DNA of 63,383 nt, counting the filler, from Octopus bimaculoides (taxonomy: Eukaryota): the NCBI RefSeq assembly GCF_001194135.2. It is 4 parts of 3 records of this genome, joined end to end, with 100 filler letters (N's around TTAATTAATTAA, not from the genome) between each part and the next. Parts side by side here need not be neighbours in the genome. Positions count along the whole stretch, not along the records: positions 1 to 27,381 come from NC_068985.1; 3 more parts are not named here. One strand, given 5' to 3'. The notes beneath the pieces were generated by a model. It worked only from the letters and a program-made list of their open reading frames with translations, was not told the DNA's origin and made no database searches. The position numbers and the translations under genes are program-made. Numbering within the stretch: position 1 is the first letter of the stretch; every line of letters begins with the position of its first letter. Below are positions 1 through 12,515 of the stretch, one piece after another.

Positions 1-40
<40 letters not shown>

Positions 41-3000
41 TACACCAATTGAAATCAAAATAACGCACTCAATGTGGGCTTTAGGCGAATCTTGCCAATG
101 AAATTCAAATGGAATTAACGTGTGGTAATGAAATACGTATGTCTTCCTCTAATCTTTCACCATACAATTTTACATCAGTTTCGGTGTCAGCTGTTTTACT
201 CACATACTGGCAACTAAACTACACATTATGTTGACGCTGTCGTCAACTACAGCGTCGATATTGTTACCGTTGAATGTAGTGTCGATGATGATGTTGTTTA
301 TAGTAAAGCAGGTGATGGAAATGAAAGTGGGGGGTACTATGTAGCTGTTTCACACAAGTTTTCTTTCTTAATGAATTGGAATCTTATTCTTTCTCAATTC
401 GTTTGTGTAAGATATTGATTTACCTTGACCAGCACATCTCTTGTGGATCAGCACATCTTACATGTGTGTTCTGTTGTGATATTTACACAATTTGTGTTTG
501 TGATGTATCACCTTCATCCCTCTGTTTTTCAAAAAATGTGGAAATCACTTTGAAATTCATTACATTTTTTTTCCAAGAGAATTTGTAATGTGTAGAACAG
601 AAGATAAAAATTCTGAAAAAAATCGAATTTTATTAGCAGTTTGCAGAGCTCAATATATTTCGCCAATATATTCATGACAGGAACATTATATTTTTGTACA
701 AAATATCTTTCATAAAGAGTAAAATTTGATGTTTTCGAGATTCCTGACGTGGATATGAATGTGTATGTTAATACTGTTCTGTTAATTCTGTTAATACAGT
801 GTATATTAATACAGTGTATGTTAACACTGTTCTTCCCAGGGTCAATAAACAAACAATAAACAAACGCACAGGTTCTATTCCATAGAACCAGTGCGTGGGT
901 TTATTAATGGCATAATGGCTCTTCCCAGCTACATTAACGTCGAAAACAATCTATAATAAAAATTCACCGGATCAAGGTACGCATTACAATGGTTTCCGTG
1001 CGAATCACCTAATATTTCTCGTGTTTTAAACATTTAGACTCGATCCCTGATTTATAGATGAAAATCGTATTCCTGGCTTTGCGACTAGATATCTTGGCGA
1101 ACCTGAAAACATTGGTCTGTCCAAAAATATTCTCTGTCCCCTTTTCGATATCAAAACCAAACATTTCTTCTCCTGAATATACCAAAACATATGAACGATC
1201 TAAATAAATATGTAAAATCTGCTTAAACGCTCTTTTAGGAAAGAAATATCGAGGCATGATTAAGTGTTTAAGCTGATGGCAATCATTTCAAGACGTTTTC
1301 AAGTTGCAGTCTTTAATCAACTCTCAGAACTGTTGAACCGCTATATTCAGCAACGTATTTCAATTAGATTGAAGGGTGTCGTTAAAGAAAAAAAATTGTA
1401 AACATTTCTAATTCAGCATCATCTTGTATCAAATGTCTACATATCGCAAATGATAAGATAATAACTTGTCACATTATTTTACATTACGACGCAAATATAC
1501 TGCAGAAACAACTGTAGATTGTTACAAACATGTATTAGCAGTGAATTACAGCATCCGATGTTATTTTCATGTATCACAGATCGCACCTGATTGGGCAACA
1601 TTGTCCAATGTTTCTGGTGGAAATATAGTCAGCAATATAGAAGAAATGAAAGGGAAATTCGCAGAAATTTCTTCTAAACTGGAACATGTTCAATCTTTCA
1701 AATATTGATTACTAGACCACATCTTCTCTAAATGCCATTAGATATAATCTGTGTCTTTGACAATCAAAACATCAACATGAAAATTGTGAAGAAGCCTGTA
1801 TTGGAATGGAAGTGGATACTATGTTGTGTGTTGGTGAATAACACACTCACAAACACACGCATATACATACACACTCACACACACGCGCACAAAGCCCTCC
1901 TCTTACATATATAGCCATCTATCATGATATTAACTTTATATTGCTTCTGTGCCATTGTCTGTTTCAGTACAAAATATCTCCTCTTATTTTCAATATCTCT
2001 ATATCCGTAACAGTAAGTAATACTGGTGCCTCATTGTGTAGTTTTATACGTCACTAAAGACATTCTTCCACGAGTAAAGGTTTTTTAATCCGAATTGTTT
2101 ATATAATGAATGAGCATGATAATTATTTTCTATGACACTGCAATTCCGGAGCTTCGAAATATATTGTCATCTGTAGAATTAATTTAACACAGCCATCTAC
2201 TATTAGTTTCACTCTGGAACAACAGAGAAATTTTGTATTTTTCCGCAGTCATCTCCATCTACCAATCTATCATCCATTTATGAATAGATATTACATTGTT
2301 TTTTAATTAAAATCCAGTATAACTTTATCGTGTCGGTTTAGAAAGAAGGAACTCGTATTTTAATTGAAGTTACACAATATATTTATAATAGTTATTTCAT
2401 TACTGGCAATACTATTCCGTAGGTGATACTTTGGTTGTATGCCCCAGTAGTGAAGTCACCATCACATGAGTTGCAGTTCTAGTTTTGTTCAGTTTATGCA
2501 TCTTTTCTTATTTACGGTAGGCATTTTTAAGTATTACTAGAGAGTAAGTATTTCACACGTCACAGTTAAATTAATCGACATGGAGGGTTCTATCTTTGTA
2601 ATAAACGAACTCCTTCTTCAGAGATAGAATTTAAATAGTTAAAAACAGAAAAGTACATATGTGTATTCATACATTCGCACATACATGTACACATACATGT
2701 ATGCATGCATACACACACACACGTGCATACATACATACATACATACATGCATAATATACACATATGTACATTCATGTGCGTGTGTATGTAATCAGGTATA
2801 TTTGTACGTTCACGCCATTTTCAATATATTTAATTCATTTGCATTCAGTTTTTAATGAATTCTTTATTCCGTGGTTCGTAATATACTGAAACTCCTACAC
2901 ATATGTTTATAGACCTTCAATATCTGTTTATATACCATAATTAATTATTTTCATTAATTTGCCTATATAGAAAGGTAAGATAAATGTAACGCCAACAATT

Positions 3001-6000
3001 ACGACATACGTATACTTACAATGATTTCAGTCCCTCCTTCACACCCTTCTTTGTCGTATAATTAAAACAGATGTTGTTTACACAGAAAGAAATGAAATAA
3101 TCTCATTTATTAATCAAATATTTTACTTTTCATAATACTAGAATAAAATATTGGGTAAATACAATAAATTTATAATATATAGATATACATTTTTCTTATA
3201 AATTATTAAGAGATTAATACTAGATTTAAACGGTTGCATTACTTTCAACTTGTTATTGCTTCTAGTCAAACGATCGTTTCGCCTTTCATTTTCTTATTGA
3301 TGGTTTGACAGAAAGTATGTGCGAAGATCATAATTTATCACACCCTTTAGATTTACTGTGTATAACTGATAACATGTTCCTGTTGTCTGCACTCTGACGG
3401 CAAAAGTTGGTGTATGCTTATATGCATATAATGTGTTTTAAGTTGATTATATTTAACTGCAAATTCCTACTTGCCATGAAAATTTTGAAAATATTATGGT
3501 TTGCTTCTCTTCGATCTACTGAAAATTTACGAAGCGTTCGTTGCAGTTTCTATTTTGATAGGTGTGTTGTTTTCTTCGTATTACTGTTAGTATGCATATT
3601 ATTGTACCTTTTGCATACTACTCTGTGTGTGCCTTTTTATACATTTGAGTAAGTGTTGTTCTTTTGTGGTGAATTATTGGGTTATTCTTCCTTTAATGTT
3701 ACGCAGAAAGTTTTATAAATCGCTCGTCCCAAATATTTTTGTAATAAATCGTCATTCATTTGTTTCTATTACCTCCTAAAAACCCCTAATCTTGTGAGAA
3801 CACTGTGTTACTTTCTCCAGAATATTTATAGAATATCTTCATGTCAAAGAAAGCTCCATGAGAAATAAGGTTATTCGCGGAAGCTTCGGCTATATCTCAA
3901 GGATAATTAACATTCTTTTGCGTCTCTAAATGTTGCAGACACTCGAATCCGGTTGCTCTCTTTATATTCAATCGTAATATTTTAAAATAGAAATGTATTC
4001 CAGAATATTTAGTTAGGAATGTGACTAAATATTCTTGGAATAGTTTTACCGGAAGCATGAGTTATTGGTTTCCACAGAGTTTTAATTTTGGTCTTGTCAA
4101 AAGCACAATGATAGGGAATAGAAGAGAGAAAAGACAGCGCAACAGCAAGGTTGTTGAATCAAGAAGGACGCCGTTAGATATGTGTTTTCCTTTTTATGAC
4201 AAAACTGCTTTATATATTTGTTTCCCATTTCCATCAATGAAGAGCACATAATATTCTACCCACAAATAAATGAATGTGATTTGTCATAAATTTTACCGTC
4301 TAACAGCTCACGTTTAATGAATTGTAATATGTTGAGGATGAAATTACTGCGCCGTTTCATTTTCAAAAATTACTGCAGTGTTTAGCCATGTCTGTAACTC
4401 TTCAGTCTAGCATTTGTAGAGGAGAAGAAAAACAATATTTTCAAAGGTTGTATTTAATCTGAAACTGTTATTAAAATAGCTTGAAGGGAGACATGGGCTG
4501 AAAGGGAAAATTTTTTCTGTGCAAATTTTAGCAATTTATAAAAGTTTAAAAATATTGGCGTTAAGAAGCACGCAAAAATAGATCAAAGAGATTTCACATA
4601 CGTGAACACATTCGTATCCACGCTAATATATAAGATCAAAGGAGGTTTATTCTCTTATTTTCCGCAGTGTGGGGTGATAGATTAAGTGAAAACAAACCGT
4701 TCTTTTATATTCCAAACAGGCGCCTCAGACGAGTAAAAGAATGTGTAAGCGCTATAGTGTCTAGAAATTAGAAGAGACTGCAATATTAATTATAGATACT
4801 GAGAACTTTAGGTCACACATCAACTTCCATTATTAGCTGTGAATATTTGCTATAGGTAGATATAGCGTCTATTTTGTCATGTTTGTGAAAAGGAGAGAAA
4901 GGTGGGGAGAAAGAGGGAGAGAGAGAAAGAGAGTGAGAGATAAAGGAGACAATGATTGAAAGAAATATAAACGGTACCTTATGGAAGCCGTGATGTGTTA
5001 CGTAAACTGCAAGGATTTATTTATTTTCCAGCTAATTTTATTGCAAATACACGAAGTGATCTTGTCGCTGTCAGTACGCATTGAGGTGACATCCTGTTTC
5101 ACAAATGTTTAAACGTTTAAAGAATCGACATGGTAAAGTGTAGCTGAGGTTGTTGGGTTTGGAGCATCAAAAAAATAATTAGATAAAATACAATTACATG
5201 GTAAGCAACGGTGGACATGGCTGGATGCGGAATTTTAAGTCTGGCTTTGATTCTAGCAAATAAAATAAACGCAGATTTTGAGAATTTGGAGTGGGAGCAT
5301 TTTCAATTTCAAGGCCGGAAAACACTAGATAAGTAAGAAACTGCACTGACCTACAGCACATTTTTTATCTTATATTTTAAAAGAGACGACCGGTTGATCC
5401 AGAAATCTCCGACGGCTGATCCCATACCGGAAACAAATTCGAGAATTCGTATTGCCGCTATCAATACATTTATTTATAAGCAGAAACCTAAAACATGTCT
5501 AAACACTTTCTTTGTAAATGGATGTGTAAATAAAAAAGTATTCATATACATAAATATACAGAAAGTAAAAATATATATACAAATAAAATCCTAATAGAAC
5601 GGCCTATCAAAAGGTAAATATAAAGTCTAAAAATTCATAAAAATCCTAATGTGAGCCATACTACCAAAAAGCATCCTGTAATTTGCTATCCAGTGTTTCG
5701 ATTAATATGTTTAGTTCACAATGCGGTATGGTTGTTCGTACTTAACAATCCATTAATACTTTATGATGGTATTTTGTTTAAGATCAAGAAACATTAACTG
5801 ATTAATTGAAACATATTTTAAGATAAATGAGTTATGTTTACTAATTATCCGATAATTATACTTCCTGAAGGAAAATTCAGCTTGCTTTATTTCTACTAAT
5901 TAATCGTACAGAAATATCTTATCTCGTTTCATTAATACGTAATAGAAAAAGACTATTTTTCTTCGTAAGTGAAAGAATAATTTATACTGACATTTATGAA

Positions 6001-6024
6001 GTGTCGGTATTTAATTCCAGTTAA

Positions 6025-6063
6025 CATAATAATAATAATAATTATTATTATTATTATTATTAT

Positions 6064-6101
<38 letters not shown>

Positions 6102-6212
6102 GAAGAGGAAGAAGAAGAAGAAGAAGAAGAAGAAGAAGAAGAAGAAGAAGAAGAAGAAGAAGAAGAAGAAGAAGAAGAAGAAGAAGAAGAAGAAGAAGAA
6201 GAAGAAGAAGAT
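6025..6212. repeat. Compound microsatellite (AAT)n(ATT)n(AAT)n(GAA)n
   Basis: Direct reading; source of the poly-I/L/R/F ORFs. Confidence 0.98.
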
Positions 6213-6399
6213 TGTTATTGAGAAGACAAGGCTCGTGGGGTTGGAGCATACCTGTCTTTTTAACCCGATGTTATCTTTCATTGTATGTTATTGTCTTTTG
6301 TGTTCCATTCGATTTTTTCATTTTGTAATTATAAATTTTTATACCATCTGTTGTATATAACCTCCAGATCATATTGTATTGTCCCCTCTATGTGCGCCT

Positions 6400-7260
6400 G
6401 TAATAGGTAATAGAAAAAGCAACGAAATATTTGGTGAGGAAATGACCAGTGAGTGGTCAGCTCGAAAATGGTTTAAACGATTTCGCTGTGGAGACCTCAG
6501 CATTCATGAGTGTGAGTGTAGTGGACGCCCGTCTGTCATCGATGATGGTCAATTAGAGACCGTCATTGAGAATGATCAATGTAAAACCACGCGAGAACTG
6601 GCAAACAGAAAACTTCAGGTTAGCCAGAAAACTGCCTGCAACCATTTGCATGTGATCGGAAAATCGAAAAGGCTCGACAAATGGGTACCACACGATTTGA
6701 ATCAAAATCAGAAGATGCGCAGATATGAAATTTGCTCGTCGCTTCTTCTTCGTAACCAGATCGATCCAGTTCTCCGCCGTATTGTAACTTGCGATAAAAA
6801 AATGGATTCTGTAATATAGTAAAAAACGAAGTACCAAAAGCTTTCCCTAAAGGCGAGCTCTTCCAAAAGAAGGTTGTGGTGACTCTCTAGTGGTTTACTG
6901 CTTGATTCATCCCCTATAACTTCTTAAAATATGAAAATACCATTACTACAGAGACATATTGCAATGAAATTGCTAAAATAAACGAAAACCTCTTATTCTT
7001 CCGTTACAGACTGAACAACAGAAGAGGACCAATAATTCTTTATGATAATGCTCAACTATACGTTTCCCTAATGACGATCCAAAAGTTGAGGGAAGTTGGT
7101 TTAAAAGTTTTTCTCCACCCAGCTTGTTCCCCAGACCTTTCTCCGACCGACTACCATTTTTTCAAGCACCTTGATTTATTGTGAGAGAAAAGATGTTCAA
7201 AAATCACACCTATGATGAATTTGCGTTTAGGGAGTTCATCAGCGCCAGGATTTCAGATTT
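6400..7260 (+). mobile_element. Degenerate mariner (DD34D) transposase
   Basis: HTH region SGRPSVIDDGQLETVIEND, WVPHDL motif, IVTCDKKW, later CSPDLSPTDYHFFKHLD (YSPDL motif); stops and frameshifts; no clear TIRs. Confidence 0.9.
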
Positions 7261-8054
7261 GTTATGTTACATAACTATATACTGTGTTTAAGGAATATAT
7301 ACATATATGACTGTGTATAAGATATGTATACACAGAATTTAAGTAAAATACACACAGCACATGTTTAGTCCCATCTCCTATTTTAGCAATGCTCTTTTAG
7401 GAACATCTCTTTTCTGAATAGTCTTCCACTTTTGAGCTGTAAATGTTTTCTTCTCTCTAAATCTCAGCAACGGGAAGGCAAAAGCATAAAGAAAACCCAC
7501 CTGCTACTTTGCTCTGTAAATGTGTCTGTTGAATTACAGATAAAGGCATTAAGCTGTTATCTGTCAGTTTGAATGTATGTGTGAAAGATAAAGAATTATC
7601 CAAAATCTGACAGCCTTCTTTTTCTCAATATACAAAATCTGTACACCGCTTTAAACATTATACATGGCGTTGCTATTATGCAAACGTGTTGTAAGTCCAA
7701 TACGTTTCTCTTTCAGACAACGAAAAAAAAAGTTTCAGCGTACCATTTATTTTTATATTAGCAACAGTTTCAGCTTAAGAATAATACTTTGTTGGGTGCA
7801 TAAAATCCCCACTCCATGCATGAATGATATTTTCAGTCAGAAATATTTTTATCGCGTGTGGGACATACTATACTTTTGAAAATTGCTAAACCGCTGCACT
7901 ACACTTTGACACTATTCATATCTTGGCATCTGAAGCAGCTGGAGCTATTATAGTTTGACCAAAATAACCGACTATTGCAAGCAACATTACATATTCAGAG
8001 AAAAAACATTTGGCCAAACTTGGACATACGACAGTTTAACATAATAGCAGCAAA

Positions 8055-8101
<47 letters not shown>

Positions 8102-10322
8102 NNNNNNNNNNNNNNNNNNNNNNNNNNNNNNNNNNNNNNNNNNNNNNNNNNNNNNNNNNNNNNNNNNNNNNNNNNNNNNNNNNNNNNNNNNNNNNNNNNN
8201 NNNNNNNNNNNNNNNNNNNNNNNNNNNNNNNNNNNNNNNNNNNNNNNNNNNNNNNNNNNNNNNNNNNNNNNNNNNNNNNNNNNNNNNNNNNNNNNNNNNN
8301 NNNNNNNNNNNNNNNNNNNNNNNNNNNNNNNNNNNNNNNNNNNNNNNNNNNNNNNNNNNNNNNNNNNNNNNNNNNNNNNNNNNNNNNNNNNNNATATATA
8401 TATATATATATAAATGAAATATTTTTAGTCCATAATAGTTAGTCCCAAATGCTTATCTTTTGGCACTACTGGTTAGGAATAATTATCTTATTCACTCTCA
8501 GAATTGCTTTAAAGTTCGGTATTCTACGAGAATGGACAGAGCCTCTTCTGAGGTTATAGCCTTTTGGAATATGTGTGGCCGTGTATGCGTGTTTGTGAAT
8601 AAGTAGAGAGAAATGAGAGGGAGTTATTTGGGAAGGGTGAGAGAGCATAGATGTTAGGTGCCAGTATAGATGTAAGGATATCTGTACCTAGAAGCACTGA
8701 GACAGTGTGATTCTGAAGGCGTTGTGTATGTGATTATCGTGCGGAAGGCTTCAGAACTGAAACTCTTTCGGTTTCAGTTTAGATCAGGCTAAATGATTAA
8801 GTGCTGAATAAGCTAAATGTATCATTTGTGAAATTTCAGAGAAAGTAGTTGAAACTACCTTGAATATATAAAATAACATCTGCTTATTTCTCTATATATC
8901 CTTATATCGGTTAGCCATTGCGAAAAACATTAACGAAATACCTATTAAAAGAGAAACAATAAAAAAAGAAGTCTTATACTTCAGAAAACATTTTACATCA
9001 TCAACTTAAAAATTATTTTCATACACAAGAATGATAGTTATTTGGGAATTAATACATAAATAAAATTGCAAACTAGAAATTCACCGTCATATNNNNNNNN
9101 NNNNNNNNNNNNNNNNNNNNNNNNNNNNNNNNNNNNNNNNNNNNNNNNNNNNNNNNNNNNNNNNNNNNNNNNNNNNNNNNNNNNNNNNNNNNNNNNNNNN
9201 NNNNNNNNNNNNNNNNNNNNNNNNNNNNNNNNNNNNNNNNNNNNNNNNNNNNNNNNNNNNNNNNNNNNNNNNNNNNNNNNNNNNNNNNNNNNNNNNNNNN
9301 NNNNNNNNNNNNNNNNNNNNNNNNNNNNNNNNNNNNNNNNNNNNNNNNNNNNNNNNNNNNNNNNNNNNNNNNNNNNNNNNNNNNNNNNNNNNNNNNNNNN
9401 NNNNNNNNNNNNNNNNNNNNNNNNNNNTATATATATATATATCGCATTAAATGTAATTCAAATCCAGGAGATTGATTCCATTCTAACTGCATGAAAACTG
9501 TCATTAGATACATAAATTAAAAATAATATTTATTATTTCTTCCATTATGATTCAATGTCAGTAGTTATAAATATGTAATTTCTCTTCCGTTATAACTTTA
9601 AATGGATTCGATGCCATAGGGGATAAATCTTTTCAGAAAAATGTTGCATGTAATGGAATTTGTTACCTTTATACGGATGTAATCAATTTTATATCAACAT
9701 ATACCATAATGATAATTATAAGCAATGTTAAGTAATTAAATAAGACTGATATAATTGTCTGTTATTGGATGCCATCCAATTTACATTATCAATGTAGTTT
9801 CAAGTAAAAGAATAAAATAAGAAACAATACTGTACAGTATTAAACATGTATTCGCATATTTTTTTTTTTAATTCCTTGAAAGCAAAATGCGATGAAATCT
9901 GAATTTAATATATTTTATTTAATAAATATTTTCAAGAAATTGATTCTCTGATTTCAATGTGTTGATAAATTATGACAAACACAGCATATGCACACACATG
10001 CACACACACACACATATGCATACATAAACAGGGGAATATATTTAATAAGGAATATTGATATGACGAAAGTTTCTGAATAACGAAGTCGTTGAGAAGTTCC
10101 TGATATATTCCTATTCTTCTGAAATTTCATTTAATAACAGTAATTCACATTCCTAGATTCATCACAGTCTCATTTGTTCGAATATATTTGATTTCAAATT
10201 GAACTTGATCAATGGTAGAATGACTAGAATTGGTACCACTTTCGTTCACAACTCTCACACCTGTCAATCAATAAAAATGATACGTTTGTCACACGGTAAA
10301 TTTAGAAAGGAAAGCAATTTGA

Positions 10323-10620
10323 TACGAAGGTGGACTAAAAATGTTTCGCGACTACAGATGGCAGCACATGGTTGCGTGCGCAATGAACTTTAGCAGTGGC
10401 CATCATAATGCAGTGTACTGAGTGATATCGTGCTTACTTCGAAAGTTGTGAAATCTGTGTTTTTGTGACCACGTGTATGTTGTAGTATGAGATTTTGTCA
10501 TGGGCTCGAACAAAGAGCCGACGTGAAATTTTGCGTTAAACTTCAGAAGCCTGCTACTAACAAATTGAACATTTTTCGGCAAGCTAACGACGAAGAGACA
10601 ATGGGTCGTACACGATGTCT
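10323..10620 (+). mobile_element. 5' fragment of a mariner (TIR plus transposase N-terminus)
   Basis: TACGAAGGTGGACTAAAAATGTTTCGCGACT TIR-like start; GLEQRADVKFCVKLQKPATNKLNIFRQANDEETMGRTRC resembles the mariner N-terminal EQR..IKFC motif. Confidence 0.65.
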
Positions 10621-10639
10621 ATTTATTTATTTATTTATT

Positions 10640-11230
10640 TATTTATTTTAATATCATTATCCCAGAGGATAGTGACATTTTTAGCTTCAACGACTGGCTG
10701 AGGATGATATTCATACCAGTAAGCAGGAGTGCTGATTTTGTAACGTTTACATATTTTCCAATGTGAATACTATCCTAACCTATCGTGGTGACTTTTGTAT
10801 TCCTTTGGTGTCAGAATAATACATCCCAAGATATGATCTATTGCTTCATCAAATATACTGCAGAATCTGCATTTAGTGCGTGAGCCGTTTTGAAGAACCT
10901 TTGCCTGGTAGTTTTTGGTAAGCAAGCTTTGACTTTTTGCCGCCAATATGAAGCGTTCTGCCTTTGCTTTCATTCTTGAGCTTCTCGGCTAATGATGGGT
11001 TGTTCCTTGGCCTATATAAGCATTCCGGCTTCGGAGTATATACTCTCAATGCAGAGGCTTCTTTCTCCACCACTCCTTAATTTGTTTCTAACCGTTTTTT
11101 TCGTAGTCTGTTCGATCGGTTTTGCATCTTTTGTGGCAGTGGTTTCAAGTTCTGCCAAGTTACGCTGCGAATTTGCAAGCTTCCTTGACAATATAATGAC
11201 TACATAGAATTGATTGTGTATTTCCTTCTT
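10640..11230 (-). mobile_element. R4/Dong-like (RLE-type) non-LTR retrotransposon remnant
   Basis: KAKAERFILAAKSQSLLTKNYQAKVLQNGSRTKCRFCSIFDEAIDHILGC..EYKSHHDRLG then HWKIC...VTILWD: CCHC knuckle and RHD-like motif upstream of the restriction-like endonuclease; abuts a (TTC)n(ATT)n array. Confidence 0.8.
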
Positions 11231-11247
11231 GCGTAATTCTACTTTAT

Positions 11248-11385
11248 GTTCTTCTTCTTCTTCTTCTTCTTCTTCTTCTTCTTCTTCTTCTTCTTCTTCT
11301 TCTTCTTCTTCTTCTTCTTCTTCTTCTTCTTCTTCTTCTTCTCATTATTATTATTATTAATAATAATAATAATATTATTATCATT
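11248..11385. repeat. Compound microsatellite (TTC)n(ATT)n
   Basis: Direct reading. Confidence 0.98.
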
Positions 11386-11656
11386 ATTTGCTTCACTTTT
11401 GCTTTGTATTTGTACAAGTTGACTCCAAATCTCAACCAGAGTCCTCAAGAGACAAAACCTTTCAATTTTAGTTTGGTGTTATAACTAGGGTGCCATATTT
11501 AATTTTGCATAGATTATTTTTCTAGATAATGTCTTTCAAAACATGAGTAAATTAGAAGTTCGATTTAATACTAATTTCATTATAAGATGATAGTGAGATG
11601 TTAAGATGACAGCAAAGGGTTTTTGCTATAATGCACATTTTAAAATATTTTGACAC

Positions 11657-11703
<47 letters not shown>

Positions 11704-12189
11704 GGACATAACAAAATCACCATAAATCAACGATGAAAAATACAGTAGAAGTCCATTAAATACTGAAAATTGTAATTCTTCGTAGCTTGTTGCAAAAGTC
11801 TCAATGGTTTTCATGATAATGGCCATCAATATGTGGCACGAAATTCTGCCTCATAAGGAAATACAAAGAAATAATTGTTTAATGGTACCCTTTGTTGTTA
11901 GAAGTGTTGTAATTCCATGATCTGGAAATAATAGATTTGAAGTTCTTTTGATTGAGACCTGACTAATTATTATTCTAAATTTACAATTTTGATTTCCTTT
12001 TTGTTTTCTCGTTGCTGTTGTTGTTTTGTCATTGTTTATTGTACGCAGGCCAAATGTGACTAACATTATCTGTTCACAGCGTCATTTAAGAACTGATTAG
12101 CTTTTAACATCTAGTAACACCATACTGAAATTGCCCATTTCTTTATAAAATCCTTTACGCGATTTTATACTAATTGGTCAACGGAATCT

Positions 12190-12285
12190 TTTTATCATTA
12201 TTATTATTCAGGTCACTGCCTGGAATCGAAGTCGGAATCTTGGGGTGAGTAGCCGGCGCTCTTAACCACTACGTCATATGCCCAT
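12190..12285 (-). mobile_element. tRNA-derived head of the hammerhead SINE family (3'-truncated)
   Basis: Minus strand GGGCATATGACGTAGTGGTTAAGAGCGCCGGCTACTCACCCCAAGATTCCGACTTCGATTCCAGGCAGTGACCTGAATAAT: A/B boxes and the same downstream sequence as 23040-23060. Confidence 0.75.
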
Positions 12286-12478
12286 GGGCAATTATCGAGT
12301 GAATTATCGGGCGTATAAATCTAATATTTTCCTATCTTACCTTAATACCGGTTCCCATATGCTATTCATATCTGCACTCGGTCTGCTTAAGAGGCTGATG
12401 TGTCCTAGTATATGTGCTGCTTCTTTTAGTTCTCCTACAAAACAACCACCTAAGCAGAACGCGTGCCGATATGAATAG

Positions 12479-12515
<37 letters not shown>

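Noticed and set aside
5953-6328. Long poly-L/I/R/F ORFs (also 11239-11448, 25374-25679, 49429-49848, 55862-56767)
   Set aside because: Translations of trinucleotide microsatellites; no splice or domain support.
7975-9513. ORFs of 140-300 aa spanning X runs (also 19.1-19.4, 22.6-23.3 and 59.6-60.4 kb)
   Set aside because: Length comes from N gaps, most of them flanked by (TA)n or (CA)n.
12190-12285. Possible genuine tRNA gene
   Set aside because: A/B boxes present but no proper acceptor stem, and it continues into SINE body sequence.
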